Of a stretch of 64,000 bases of DNA, positions 10,131 to 19,710 are shown piece by piece; within the stretch, counting starts at the first letter, position 1; each line of letters opens with the position of its first letter. Position numbers and translations under genes: made by a program. Below the pieces are notes generated by a model. It was not told the DNA's origin, did no database searches, and saw only the letters and a list, made by a program, of their open reading frames with translations. This DNA is from an uncultured Polaromonas sp. (GTDB taxonomy: Bacteria > Pseudomonadota > Gammaproteobacteria > Burkholderiales > Burkholderiaceae_C): contig CAZATV010000001.1 of the NCBI GenBank assembly GCA_964488145.1, positions 10,128 through 74,127 on the forward strand, written 5' to 3'.

Positions 10131-11429
10131 TCATCGGTGCAAAAAGGGCGGCGGCGACACCGACGGCGCCAAGGTGCTCCGTGGGCCGGGACGGACCCGA
10201 TCCCCAGGCAAGACGCCCTGGGTGGGCGCAATCACCCAATCGCCTTCATTCAATCCCTTGAGAATTTCGCACCGGCCCATCCCGCTCAAGCCCACTTGCA
10301 CCGGCACTCGCTGCGCGCGACCCTGTTGCAAGACCAGCACCCAAGGCGCAGGTTTATCAGCCTCGCGCACAAATGCCGCCGGCAACACCAAGGTGGCCTC
10401 ACGACGATTGCCGATGAGCTCGGCCGAAACCGTCATCTCGGGCCTGAGAAACTCAGGGCCGTCTTGCAGACACAGCCGCACGCGGATAGAACCGCGCTCG
10501 GCATCAATGACGGGGGCGATCTCACACAAACGCACTTCGAAGGGCTGATCAGGGTATGCGTCGGCCACGGCCCAGGCGGGCATGCCCAGTTGCAAGATCG
10601 GCAGATGCCGCTCATCGATGCTGACCTCGATATGCATCGCCCCTGCCTCGGCCAGCACCAACAGCACCCGCCCTGGCTGGGCCATGGCGCCAGGCTCGAC
10701 CTGGCGATTGAGCACCCGCGCGGGAGCGGGGCTGCGTATGAAAAGCCGCTCCAGGCGGGCACGCGCCAGACGAACATTGGCCTGCGCCTGCGCCAGCCGC
10801 GCCTGGGCCAACGCAGCCTCTACTCCGGGTCTTTCCTGCGCCTGAGCCTGAAGCTGCGCCGAGGCCAGCACACTGCCGGCCACCTCCAGCGCCCGCTGGG
10901 CCTCATCGAGACGTTGAGGCGCAAAAAAACCCTGCGACACCAGCTCTTGGATCCGGCCATGCTCCCTCTGAGCGGCCCACCAGCCGGCTTGAGCCTGCAA
11001 CACACTCTGCTGGGCCAAGGGTGCGCTCAGGCCCAACTGCTGCTGCACGCGACCCGCAGCCTCTGCTTCGGCTGCCTGCGCCTGCAACAGGGCTGCGCGG
11101 GCTTCCGCGTCTTGCAGGCTCAGCAGCAAATCGCCCGCGCTGACGCGCTGGCCCTCCCGCACCCACACCCGCGCCACCGTGCCGGCCAGCTCGGCAGCCA
11201 CCTCGATACGGGCCGGCGCCTGCAGCCGGCCGGTGGCGGCCACCGATTCCAGCAAGGTCTGGCGAGTCACCGCCACCACCGCAACAGCCGGGCCCTGCCA
11301 CCAGCGGATCAGACCCAAAAGCACCGCTAAGAGGACAACTGCCAAGCCGATCCAAAGACCCCGGCCGGGCCAGCCAGAAATTCTGATGCCGACCCCCGCT
11401 TGGGTCGGCGTAGACCCCACCTGCACCAT
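10131..11429 (-). CDS. Efflux membrane-fusion (periplasmic adaptor, MacA/HlyD-like) protein
   Basis: VWVREGQRVSAGDLL, coiled-coil hairpin, IRSP, LRPEMTVSAEL, VQVGL, GLNEGDWV; start uncertain. Confidence 0.85.
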   Translation of the reverse strand: MVQVGSTPTQAGVGIRISGWPGRGLWIGLAVVLLAVLLGLIRWWQGPAVAVVAVTRQTLLESVAATGRLQAPARIEVAAELAGTVARVWVREGQRVSAGDLLLSLQDAEARAALLQAQAAEAEAAGRVQQQLGLSAPLAQQSVLQAQAGWWAAQREHGRIQELVSQGFFAPQRLDEAQRALEVAGSVLASAQLQAQAQERPGVEAALAQARLAQAQANVRLARARLERLFIRSPAPARVLNRQVEPGAMAQPGRVLLVLAEAGAMHIEVSIDERHLPILQLGMPAWAVADAYPDQPFEVRLCEIAPVIDAERGSIRVRLCLQDGPEFLRPEMTVSAELIGNRREATLVLPAAFVREADKPAPWVLVLQQGRAQRVPVQVGLSGMGRCEILKGLNEGDWVIAPTQGVLPGDRVRPGPRSTLAPSVSPPPFLHR

Positions 11430-11537
11430 GAGCGCAAGCATGGCGTGCGCCCGGCCAAGCACCGGCCAGCGCACCGCGCATCCGGGGGTAGGTCGGAGCC
11501 CCTGGCAAAGAATTGGGTCGGCGCCAGGCCGCGCTGC

Positions 11538-12104
11538 TCAGGAGCCGGCTTGCGCTTGCAGCCGCTTGCTGTTCCAGTACACGTCATCGCCGCCGTTCAT
11601 CCGGTTGAGGACCCGGGCCAGGACGAACAGAAGATCGCTGAGGCGATTGAGATACTGCTGCGGCGCCGGCCGCAAGGTCTGGGCCGCACTGAGGGCCACG
11701 ACCGAACGCTCCGCTCGGCGGGCCACCGTGCGGCAAACATGGGCCAATGAAGCTGCTCGGGTGCCGGCCGGCAAGATGAACTCCTGCAAGCGCGGGAGCT
11801 GGGCGTTGTAGGCCTCCAGGGCCTGATCCAAGCGGGCGATAGCCTGCTCCTGCAACAATTCAAAACCAGGGATGGACAGCTCGCCCCCCAGATTGAACAG
11901 CTGGTGCTGCACCTGAACCAACAATTCGCGCACATCGCCCGGCATGTCCTCGCACAGCAGCAGTCCGATCTGGGAATTGAGCTCATCCACATCGCCCATC
12001 GCACACACCCGCAGGTTGTCCTTGGGCACACGGGTGTTGTCACCCAGGCCGGTGGTACCGTCATCCCCGGTGCGGGTGGCAATTTGGGTGAGTCGATTGG
12101 ACAT
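11538..12104 (-). CDS. ATP:cob(I)alamin adenosyltransferase, PduO type
   Basis: IATRTGDDGTTGL, GDVDELNS, EFILPAG, RTVARRAER, YLNRLSDLLFVLAR. Confidence 0.93.
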   Translation of the reverse strand: MSNRLTQIATRTGDDGTTGLGDNTRVPKDNLRVCAMGDVDELNSQIGLLLCEDMPGDVRELLVQVQHQLFNLGGELSIPGFELLQEQAIARLDQALEAYNAQLPRLQEFILPAGTRAASLAHVCRTVARRAERSVVALSAAQTLRPAPQQYLNRLSDLLFVLARVLNRMNGGDDVYWNSKRLQAQAGS

Positions 12105-12264
12105 ATGGGCTCCTAGGGTAACTGCCGATTATCGGCTCGGCGCCAGAAGGGCCCCCGCATCGGGGGGCTCGCATAAACTCTCCCTTTCAAACCGCGCGCT
12201 ACCCGAACGCGGACGTTTCACCAGCCCATCCACAAGATGGGACCGCCCTTCAGGAGACTCACCC

Positions 12265-13686
12265 ATGAATGCCCCCCTGCCCAGCCATATGCTGCCCGAG
12301 ATTGCCCAGCGCGAAACGCCCGATGCGCTGATCGACGCACTCAAATCGCACTTCGGGGATCGCTGCTCCACTGCAATGGCGGTGCGCGAGCAACACGGGC
12401 GGGACGAGTCGTCCTTCACCGTCCCACCCCCGGCCGCCGTGGTCTTTGCCGAGAGCAGTGCCGAAGTGGCTCTGGTGCTGTCTCTTTGCCACGAGCACGC
12501 CGTGCCCGTGATTGCGTTTGGCGCCGGCTCCTCTCTGGAGGGTCACCTGCTGGCCATTCAGGGCGGCATCAGCCTGGATGTGAGCCGTATGAATCAGGTC
12601 CTGGCCATTGATGCTGACGACCTGACCGTCACGGTGCAGCCTGGCGTGACCCGCAAGCAACTCAACGAGGCCATCAAGCACACCGGGCTGTTCTTCCCGA
12701 TCGATCCGGGCGCCGATGCCAGCATCGGCGGCATGTGCGCCACCCGGGCCAGCGGAACCAATGCGGTGCGCTACGGCACCATGAGGGAAAACGTCCTGGC
12801 GCTGGAAGTGGTCACCGCCCAAGGGAAGATCATGCGCACCGGCACCCGTGCGCGCAAATCAAGTGCGGGATACGACCTGACCCGGCTGATGGTCGGCAGT
12901 GAAGGTACCCTGGGCGTGATTACTGAAGTGACGCTGCGGATTTATCCGCTGCCGGAGGCCATCTCGGCGGCTGTTTGCTTCTTCCCGAGCATCGAGGAAG
13001 CGGTTCGCACCACCATCGACATCATTCAGCTGGGCATTCCGATCGCGCGGGTCGAGTTGGTCGACGGACCGACGGTGGGCATGTTCAACCGACACTCCAA
13101 GCTGTCGCTGCGTGAGGAGCCGATGCTACTGATGGAATTCCACGGCTCACCGGCCAGCGTGAAGGAACAGGCCGAACAGGTGCAGGAGATTGCTCTGGAG
13201 CGCGGGGGACAGGCCTTTGAGTGGGCCAGCACGCCAGAGGAGCGAACACGGCTGTGGACGGCCCGGCACAACGCCTACTTTGCCGCGCTGCAGAGTCGCC
13301 CGGGCTGCCGCGCCATTTCCACCGATGTGTGCGTGCCCATCTCCCGCCTGGCCGACTGCATCGTCGCTTCAGCCCAGGAGGCGCGTGACAGCGGCATAGC
13401 CCACTTCCTGGTCGGACACGTGGGCGACGGCAACTTCCACTTTGGCTATCTGATCGATCCAAACAGCCGAGCCGAGCGCGAGTTGGCCGAATCCCTCAAC
13501 GACAAAATGGTGCGCCGCGCCCAAAGTATGGGCGGCACCTGCACCGGAGAGCACGGTATCGGCATGCACAAGATGGGTTTTCTCAGGGATGAGGCCGGCA
13601 CCGAAGCGCTGGACTGGATGCGCGCGATCAAACGCACGCTCGACCCCAAGAACATCCTCAACCCCGGCAAGATTTTTTATCTGTAG
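12265..13686 (+). CDS. FAD-linked oxidase, D-lactate dehydrogenase (cytochrome)-like
   Basis: FGAGSSLEGH, DPGADASIGGM..TRASGTNAVRYG, GSEGTLG, GHVGDGNFH, GTCTGEHGIG, LDPKNILNPGK. Confidence 0.9.
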   Translation: MNAPLPSHMLPEIAQRETPDALIDALKSHFGDRCSTAMAVREQHGRDESSFTVPPPAAVVFAESSAEVALVLSLCHEHAVPVIAFGAGSSLEGHLLAIQGGISLDVSRMNQVLAIDADDLTVTVQPGVTRKQLNEAIKHTGLFFPIDPGADASIGGMCATRASGTNAVRYGTMRENVLALEVVTAQGKIMRTGTRARKSSAGYDLTRLMVGSEGTLGVITEVTLRIYPLPEAISAAVCFFPSIEEAVRTTIDIIQLGIPIARVELVDGPTVGMFNRHSKLSLREEPMLLMEFHGSPASVKEQAEQVQEIALERGGQAFEWASTPEERTRLWTARHNAYFAALQSRPGCRAISTDVCVPISRLADCIVASAQEARDSGIAHFLVGHVGDGNFHFGYLIDPNSRAERELAESLNDKMVRRAQSMGGTCTGEHGIGMHKMGFLRDEAGTEALDWMRAIKRTLDPKNILNPGKIFYL

Positions 13687-13791
13687 GGGCCGTATCGCTT
13701 GCAGGGTGGCACCCGTACCCAGCCTGGCACGGGTCAGCCTCTGGTCGGGGCGACATCCTCGGGACGATCGTGCTCGCCCAGCGACGCGGCT

Positions 13792-14907
13792 CTACTCGCC
13801 GCCCCAGACCTCTTGGGCGGTCTCGATCACCAGGCGCAGTTTGTCGCGCTGCGCCTGCACCGCGATGTTGTTACCGTGGACGGTGCTGGAAAAACCGCAC
13901 TGCGGCGACAAGGCCAGCTGCTCCAGCGGCGCGTAGCGAGCCGCCTCGTCGATACGACGCTTGAGCGTGTCCTTGGTTTCAAGTTCACCAAATTTGGTGG
14001 TGACCAGGCCGAGGACCACGGTCTTGCCCTTGGGCAGGAAGCGTAACGGCCGAAAGTCACCACTGCGATCGTCGTCGTATTCAAGGAAATACGCGTCGAT
14101 GTCCATTTCAGACAGCAGGGCCTCGGCCACCGGCTCATAGTTGCCCGCCGCCGCGTGGGTGCTTTTGAAATTGCCGCGACACAGATGCATGGCCAAGGTC
14201 ATGCCGGCCGGCTTTTGCGCCACCACCTTGTTGATGAAAGCTGCATAGCGATGCGGCAGTTCGTTGGGATCATCACCCCGCTGTCGGGCTGCCTCGCGCA
14301 TCTTCTCATCACAGAGATAAGCCAGGTTGGTGTCATCCATTTGCACATAAGTACACCCGGCAGCGGCCAAGGATCGCAGTTCATCGCCGTAGGCGCGCGC
14401 CACGTCGTCGTAAAACACCGGGTCGAGCTCAGGGTAGGCCTGCCGGCTGATGCCCGCACGGCCGCCGCGAAAGTGCAGCATCGTGGGAGAGGGAATGGTG
14501 ACCTTGGGCGTCATGCCGGCGCCGACCTGGCTCTTGAGGTACTTGAAGTCTTCCAGCTGAATGTCTCTGGGATGCGTGACCTTGTCGTTGACCCGAATGA
14601 CCGGCGGGGCCAGATGGGTGGTGCCATCGGGCTGCAGGACCGACATCGGCAACTCGGTGACCACGCCGCCGAGTTGTTCGAGAAAATCGATGTGGAAATA
14701 GGTGCGGCGAAACTCACCATCGGTGATGGCCTTCAGACCGACGTCCTGCTGAAAACGCACGATTTCGGCAATGGCACGGTCCTCAACCTCACGCAACTGC
14801 TGCGCGCTGATCTGGCCTTTGGCCTTTTGTTCGCGGGCCTCAATCAAATAGGCCGGACGCAGAAAACTGCCGACATGGTCGTAGCGGGCAGGCAAGTGGG
14901 CCGTCAT
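13792..14907 (-). CDS. Cobalamin-independent methionine synthase family, single-barrel (MetE C-terminal-like) protein
   Basis: DHVGSFLRP, ITDGEFRR, Zn-ligand motifs HLCRGN, LEYD and SPQCGFSS. Confidence 0.88.
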   Translation of the reverse strand: MTAHLPARYDHVGSFLRPAYLIEAREQKAKGQISAQQLREVEDRAIAEIVRFQQDVGLKAITDGEFRRTYFHIDFLEQLGGVVTELPMSVLQPDGTTHLAPPVIRVNDKVTHPRDIQLEDFKYLKSQVGAGMTPKVTIPSPTMLHFRGGRAGISRQAYPELDPVFYDDVARAYGDELRSLAAAGCTYVQMDDTNLAYLCDEKMREAARQRGDDPNELPHRYAAFINKVVAQKPAGMTLAMHLCRGNFKSTHAAAGNYEPVAEALLSEMDIDAYFLEYDDDRSGDFRPLRFLPKGKTVVLGLVTTKFGELETKDTLKRRIDEAARYAPLEQLALSPQCGFSSTVHGNNIAVQAQRDKLRLVIETAQEVWGGE

Positions 14908-15186
14908 GGCTTTCTCCGATGTTTGAATGAAGAGGCAATCGTAGCGCAGCAGTCCCTGTACAGGCATGAGGGCGCACCCGCGTGCTGCTCAGCGAGAGTC
15001 ACCCGGCCCGCCGGACACCTGTGCCCGGTGATTTCTACCCTTTGATTCCCTCCATTTAAGTAAAAACCATCCAGATCTGGGGGCCGGGGAACGACCGCCT
15101 GTGAGTACACAAGCCCCACCTACAATCGCGCCGGTGTCGTAAACGTGACAAGGCAGGTCCGCGGCACCCCACTCGCAGGAGATCAC

Positions 15187-17496
15187 ATGTCCCCCTCATC
15201 GGCCGACGACAAAAACAACAAACGCGAGGGCCTGCGGCGTGCCGCGCTGGCCTACCATGAGCTGCCAACACCCGGCAAACTGGCCATTACAGCGACCAAA
15301 CAGCTGACCAACCAGCGCGACCTGGCGCTGGCCTACTCACCCGGGGTGGCAGCGCCTTGCGAAGAGATCGTCAAGGACCCCAACAATGCCTTCAAGTACA
15401 CCAGCCGGGGCAATCTGGTGGCGGTGATTAGCAATGGCACGGCCGTACTCGGCCTGGGCAACATCGGTCCCCTGGCCTCCAAACCGGTGATGGAGGGCAA
15501 GGCCGTCCTGTTCAAAAAGTTTGCTGCGGTCGATGTGTTCGACATCGAGATCAATGAGCCCGACCCGGTCAAGCTGGTTGAGGTGATTGCTGCGCTGGAG
15601 CCGACTTTCGGGGCCATCAACCTGGAAGACATCAAGGCACCCGATTGCTTTTACGTCGAGCGGGAGTTGCGCAAGCGACTGAAGATCCCCGTCTTTCATG
15701 ATGATCAGCACGGCACCGCCATCACCGTCGGCGCGGCCATGCTCAACGCGCTAAAGATTGCCGGCAAAGCGCCTCAGGAGGTCAAGCTGGTGACCTCGGG
15801 GGCCGGGGCAGCAGCGCTGGCCTGCCTGAACCTGCTGCTGCACCTGGGTGTGCGGCGTGAGAATATTTTTGTCACCGACCTGGCCGGCGTGGTCTATGAA
15901 GGCCGCACCGAGCTGATGGACGAGGACAAGATCGCGTTCGCACAAAAAACTTCGGCTCGATCACTGGGCGAAGTGATCGAGGGCGCCGATGTATTTCTTG
16001 GGCTGTCGGCTGGCGGCGTGCTCAAGCCCGACATGGTGCGAAAGATGGCCGATCGACCAGTGATCTTTGCGCTGGCCAACCCCAACCCGGAAATCACCCC
16101 CGAAGAGGTCAAGGCCGTGCGCCAGGACGCCATCATGGCCACCGGGCGTACCGACTACCCCAACCAGGTCAATAACGTCCTGTGCTTTCCCTACATCTTT
16201 CGCGGCGCGCTCGATTGTGGGGCCACCACCATCACACTTGAAATGGAGATTGCAGCGGTCCATGCCATTGCCGAACTGGCGCAGGCCGAGCAGAGCGAGG
16301 TGGTGGCGGCCGCCTATGCAGGCGAACAACTCGCCTTCGGGCCAGACTATCTGATTCCCAAGCCCTTTGACCCGCGGCTGATGATGAAAATCGCGCCGGC
16401 GGTGGCCAGAGCCGCGATGGAAAGTGGCGTAGCCCAACGACCGATCGACAACCTGGAGGCCTACGTCGAGCGGCTGCAGAGTTTTGTCTACGCCTCAGGC
16501 ACCACCATGAAACCAATCTTTGCGGCCGCCAAAAAAGCCGTGCGCAAACGGGTGGCCTACGCTGAGGGCGAAGAAGAGCGGGTGCTGCGAGCCTGCCAGA
16601 TCGTGGTCGACGAGGGTCTGGCGCGCCCCACCTTGATCGGGCGGCCAGCGGTGATCGAGCAGCGCGTGGAGAAGTTTGGACTGCGCCTGCGCAAGGGCAT
16701 CGATTACGACATCGTCAATGTCGAACAGGACGAGCGCTACCGGGATTTTTGGCAGACCTACCACCGCATGATGGAGCGTCGCGGGGTGACCGTCCAAATG
16801 GCCAAAATCGAGATGCGTCGCCGCCTGACGTTGATCGGCAGCATGCTGCTGCACAAGGGTGATGTCGACGGCCTGATCGTCGGCACCTGGGGCACCACCC
16901 AAATTCATCTGAACCATATTGATCAGGTCATCGGACGGCGCGCCGGCGTCAGTACCTATGCCTGCATGAACGGGCTGATGTTGCCAGGCCGGCAGGTGTT
17001 CCTGGTCGACACTCACGTCAACTATGACCCAACGGCCGAGCAACTGGCCGAGATCACCACCATGGCGGCCGAAGAAATGGTGCGTTTCGGCATCAAACCC
17101 AAGGCGGCCCTGTTGTCGCACTCCAACTTCGGATCCTCGGACCAGCCGAGCGCCCTCAAGATGCGCCGGACTCTTCAGTTGCTACAGGAGCGCGCCCCCT
17201 GGCTGGAGGTGGACGGCGAAATGCACGGAGATATCGCGCTAGACCCCAAGGGTCGACAGGGCGTCATGCCCAACAGCAGCTTAATCGGCGAGGCCAATCT
17301 GTTGGTACTGCCCAATATCGACGCGGCCAACATTTCCTACAACCTGCTCAAGACCGCGGCCGGGGGCAATATAGCCATCGGGCCGGTGCTTTTGGGGGCG
17401 GCCAAGCCGGTACATATTCTGACCGCCAGCACCACCGTCCGACGTATCGTGAACATGACCGCACTGACGGTGGCCGATGCCAATGCGCATCGTTAG
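15187..17496 (+). CDS. maeB: NADP-dependent malic enzyme with C-terminal PTA domain
   Basis: [54 protein letters not shown]-like C-terminus; SD GGAG upstream. Confidence 0.96.
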   Translation: MSPSSADDKNNKREGLRRAALAYHELPTPGKLAITATKQLTNQRDLALAYSPGVAAPCEEIVKDPNNAFKYTSRGNLVAVISNGTAVLGLGNIGPLASKPVMEGKAVLFKKFAAVDVFDIEINEPDPVKLVEVIAALEPTFGAINLEDIKAPDCFYVERELRKRLKIPVFHDDQHGTAITVGAAMLNALKIAGKAPQEVKLVTSGAGAAALACLNLLLHLGVRRENIFVTDLAGVVYEGRTELMDEDKIAFAQKTSARSLGEVIEGADVFLGLSAGGVLKPDMVRKMADRPVIFALANPNPEITPEEVKAVRQDAIMATGRTDYPNQVNNVLCFPYIFRGALDCGATTITLEMEIAAVHAIAELAQAEQSEVVAAAYAGEQLAFGPDYLIPKPFDPRLMMKIAPAVARAAMESGVAQRPIDNLEAYVERLQSFVYASGTTMKPIFAAAKKAVRKRVAYAEGEEERVLRACQIVVDEGLARPTLIGRPAVIEQRVEKFGLRLRKGIDYDIVNVEQDERYRDFWQTYHRMMERRGVTVQMAKIEMRRRLTLIGSMLLHKGDVDGLIVGTWGTTQIHLNHIDQVIGRRAGVSTYACMNGLMLPGRQVFLVDTHVNYDPTAEQLAEITTMAAEEMVRFGIKPKAALLSHSNFGSSDQPSALKMRRTLQLLQERAPWLEVDGEMHGDIALDPKGRQGVMPNSSLIGEANLLVLPNIDAANISYNLLKTAAGGNIAIGPVLLGAAKPVHILTASTTVRRIVNMTALTVADANAHR

Positions 17497-17633
17497 CGAG
17501 GCCGGCGACGCCCGGGATCCGATAACCCGCCGTCTCGGCCAGAGGCACACGCAGCCTTTGCTGCCGAGCTAGCTAGTACACACCCACTTAACTAAAAACC
17601 TATCCCTCTTAACAGGTTAATCCGGGTAAGCCC

Positions 17634-17662
17634 TTGCATTTTTCCGGCACATCCGTCACACT
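17634..17662 (+). promoter_or_regulatory. Putative sigma70 promoter of the RNase-barstar operon
   Basis: TTGCAT (17634-39), 17-nt spacer, CACACT (17657-62). Confidence 0.4.
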
Positions 17663-17737
17663 CTCTGGCAGAAGTTAAGGGTTAACCCGCGGCGCCAAGG
17701 TGCTCGGATCAGCCCCTGAGGTTCAAAAAGGTTTTTC

Positions 17738-18148
17738 ATGCTGTGCAAAGCGGGCCAGTTTTGGCGCCTTGCAGTTACCGCTCTTGCGCTGAGCCTGGCG
17801 TCGGCGACCGGTCTCCCGGCACTGGCCAAAGGCCCGAACAGCGCTGAAAAACCAGCTGAGTCCACGATTGCGGCGGCCCAGTTGCCTGTGCAGGGCCAGC
17901 AGGTTTTGGCCCTGATCTATCAGGGCGGGCCTTTCCGACATGACAAGGACGGCACGGTATTCGGGAATCGCGAAAGGTTGCTGCCCCTGCACCCGCGCGG
18001 TTACTACCGCGAATATACCGTCAGAACTCCAGGGGTAAGCCACCGCGGGGCCCGACGAATTGTTTGTGGTGGAAAGGTGAAGACTTCACCCGATGTCTGT
18101 TACTACACCGAGGATCATTACGCGAGTTTCAGGCGTATCGTTCAATGA
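17738..18148 (+). CDS. Secreted guanyl-specific ribonuclease (barnase/RNase Sa family)
   Basis: Signal peptide; GGPF..DGTVFGNRE.LLP, YYREYTV, RGARRIV, YYTEDHYASF (catalytic Glu/His present). Confidence 0.92.
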   Translation: MLCKAGQFWRLAVTALALSLASATGLPALAKGPNSAEKPAESTIAAAQLPVQGQQVLALIYQGGPFRHDKDGTVFGNRERLLPLHPRGYYREYTVRTPGVSHRGARRIVCGGKVKTSPDVCYYTEDHYASFRRIVQ

Positions 18149-18229
18149 AGAGTGCATGCGATGAGCCAAGAAGATTTTGATTTGTCTTTTGAACCTGAGC
18201 CCTTCCTAGAAAGAAACACGGAGATGGAC

Positions 18230-18625
18230 ATGCCACTTCGTACCGTCAGACCCAATATCGTGCAATCCATCCGGGCTTTCCGGGTGCAAGATTTGCAGGA
18301 GGCCGCCACCGCGCTGGGCCACCACTTCCTGTACGCCAACCTGGGACAGGCCCAGAGCAAGCAGGACGTGCTGGACATGATTGCCGCGCAGTACACCTTC
18401 CCCTCGCATTTCGGCAAGAATTTTGATGCCCTCTACGACTGCATGACCGACCTGGTGCACAAATCAGGACAACAACCGGGCTTCATCGTGGTGCTTGAGC
18501 ACATTCCCGCCAACAGCAAATTCGACAAGGAAGCGCGCGAGCAATTGCTCGACATCTTCCGGGATGCGGCAGATTATTGGGCCGACCGAAAGATTCCTTT
18601 CCGATGTTTCTATTCTTTTCTGTAG
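18230..18625 (+). CDS. Barstar family ribonuclease inhibitor
   Basis: FP.HFGKNFDALYDCMTD motif; directly follows the RNase. Start chosen from GGAG at 18220-23; in-frame ATG 18161 is an alternative. Confidence 0.9.
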   Translation: MPLRTVRPNIVQSIRAFRVQDLQEAATALGHHFLYANLGQAQSKQDVLDMIAAQYTFPSHFGKNFDALYDCMTDLVHKSGQQPGFIVVLEHIPANSKFDKEAREQLLDIFRDAADYWADRKIPFRCFYSFL

Positions 18626-18661
18626 CCCGTTCCCCGGAAATCGGCCAGGGGGAACGGGCTA
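18616..18661 (+). other. Candidate -1 programmed ribosomal frameshift element (U_UUU plus 13-bp stem-loop) at the barstar stop
   Basis: TTTT 18616-19; TAGCCCGTTCCCC (18623-35) pairs perfectly with GGGGAACGGGCTA (18649-61); no U-tail on either strand. Confidence 0.5.
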
Positions 18662-18786
18662 ACGAGGCCCAGCAAGCGGACGAAAATGGCGAAGTCATGC
18701 CCACAGACAAGCTGGTGGATGTCTCGCCGCTCGCCTTGCGCATGAGCAGCCCTTTCAATGCAGGCTACTGGTTGACGGCCGCCTGA
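18619..18786 (+). CDS. Open -1 frame downstream of barstar (55 codons): frameshift extension or small ORF, ends YWLTAA
   Basis: Coding-like GC3-rich codons throughout; in-frame ATGs at 18604 and 18697 lack a clear SD; lies upstream of the operon terminator. Confidence 0.55.
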   Translation, partial: SVARSPEIGQGERANEAQQADENGEVMPTDKLVDVSPLALRMSSPFNAGYWLTAA

Positions 18787-18828
18787 AGTCCATCACGCGG
18801 ATGGATGGCTGTCAACGCCTGATTCCTG

Positions 18829-18858
18829 AAAGCCCGCCCAAAGGTGGGCTTTTTTCTT
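18829..18858. terminator. Intrinsic terminator, likely bidirectional, between the barstar unit and rsmA
   Basis: AAAGCCCGCC-CAAA-GGTGGGCTTTTTTC. Confidence 0.8.
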
Positions 18859-18885
18859 GGGGTCGTCGACCGGCCGGCTGGCCCT

Positions 18886-19710
18886 TCAGCCACGTCCGAT
18901 CTGCTGCGCCAGCGCCACGTATTCACCCACGGTCACCTCCTGAGCCCGGCGCTGCAGATCGAAGGACCGATTGCCCGGCTGCCGCTCCAGCCAAGGCCCC
19001 AGGGTATGCCGCAGCAACTTACGGCGCTGACTGAAGGCCACCTGTACCAGTTCGGCCAACAGGCCCTGATCCAAATCAGGCACGGCATCAAGCGGACACA
19101 TACGCACGACCGCACTATCGACCCGCGGCGGCGGATCGAAGCTTCCAGGGGGGACAAACAGCACCGTCTCCATCGCATAGCGCCACTGCAGCATGACACT
19201 GAGCCGGCCATAAGAGGCGCTATCGGGGGATGCGACCATCCGGTCGATGACTTCTTTCTGCAGCATGAAGTGCTGGTCTTCGATCACATCCACCGCATCC
19301 AGCAAGTGAAACAGAATGGGGGTGGAGATGTTGTAGGGGAGATTGCCGACCACCCTCAGGCGCTGCGCAGGCCATGGCTTGCACAAACGGGCGGCCAGAC
19401 CACGGATGTCCAGCGCGAGAATATCGGCTTCGAACACCTCAAGCTGAGGATGGCTGCGCAATCGGGCCGCGAGATCACGATCGAGCTCCACCACGGCCAG
19501 ACGGCCCAGTCGCTCGACCAGGGGCTGGGTCAATGCAGCCAGTCCCGGGCCTATTTCAAGCACCGCCTGTCCGGGACGGGGGTCAACGGCCGCGACGATA
19601 CGGTCAATGATCGACCCGTCGACCAAGAAATGCTGGCCGAATCGCTTGCGAGCTCTGTGCGGGAGGGTCAGCGAGCGGCCTTTACTGTGGGGGCTCGCGG
19701 TATTCGACAT
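18886..19710 (-). CDS. rsmA: 16S rRNA m6,2A1518/1519 dimethyltransferase
   Basis: [51 protein letters not shown]; start uncertain. Confidence 0.95.
   Translation of the reverse strand: MSNTASPHSKGRSLTLPHRARKRFGQHFLVDGSIIDRIVAAVDPRPGQAVLEIGPGLAALTQPLVERLGRLAVVELDRDLAARLRSHPQLEVFEADILALDIRGLAARLCKPWPAQRLRVVGNLPYNISTPILFHLLDAVDVIEDQHFMLQKEVIDRMVASPDSASYGRLSVMLQWRYAMETVLFVPPGSFDPPPRVDSAVVRMCPLDAVPDLDQGLLAELVQVAFSQRRKLLRHTLGPWLERQPGNRSFDLQRRAQEVTVGEYVALAQQIGRG

Noticed and set aside
14908-15186. Possible cobalamin/SAH/SAM riboswitch between the metE-like gene and maeB
   Set aside because: No B12-box or SAH/SAM core recognised; only a -10 TACAAT (15121-26) and small hairpins.
18623-18661. Hairpin at the barstar stop interpreted as an intrinsic terminator
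   Set aside because: No U-tract on either strand; a proper terminator exists at 18829-58.
18623-18743. UAG read-through (pyrrolysine/PYLIS-like) of barstar in the 0 frame
   Set aside because: The 0 frame past the stop has atypical codon usage and ends near 18743, and no pyl genes are seen; the -1 frame fits coding statistics better.
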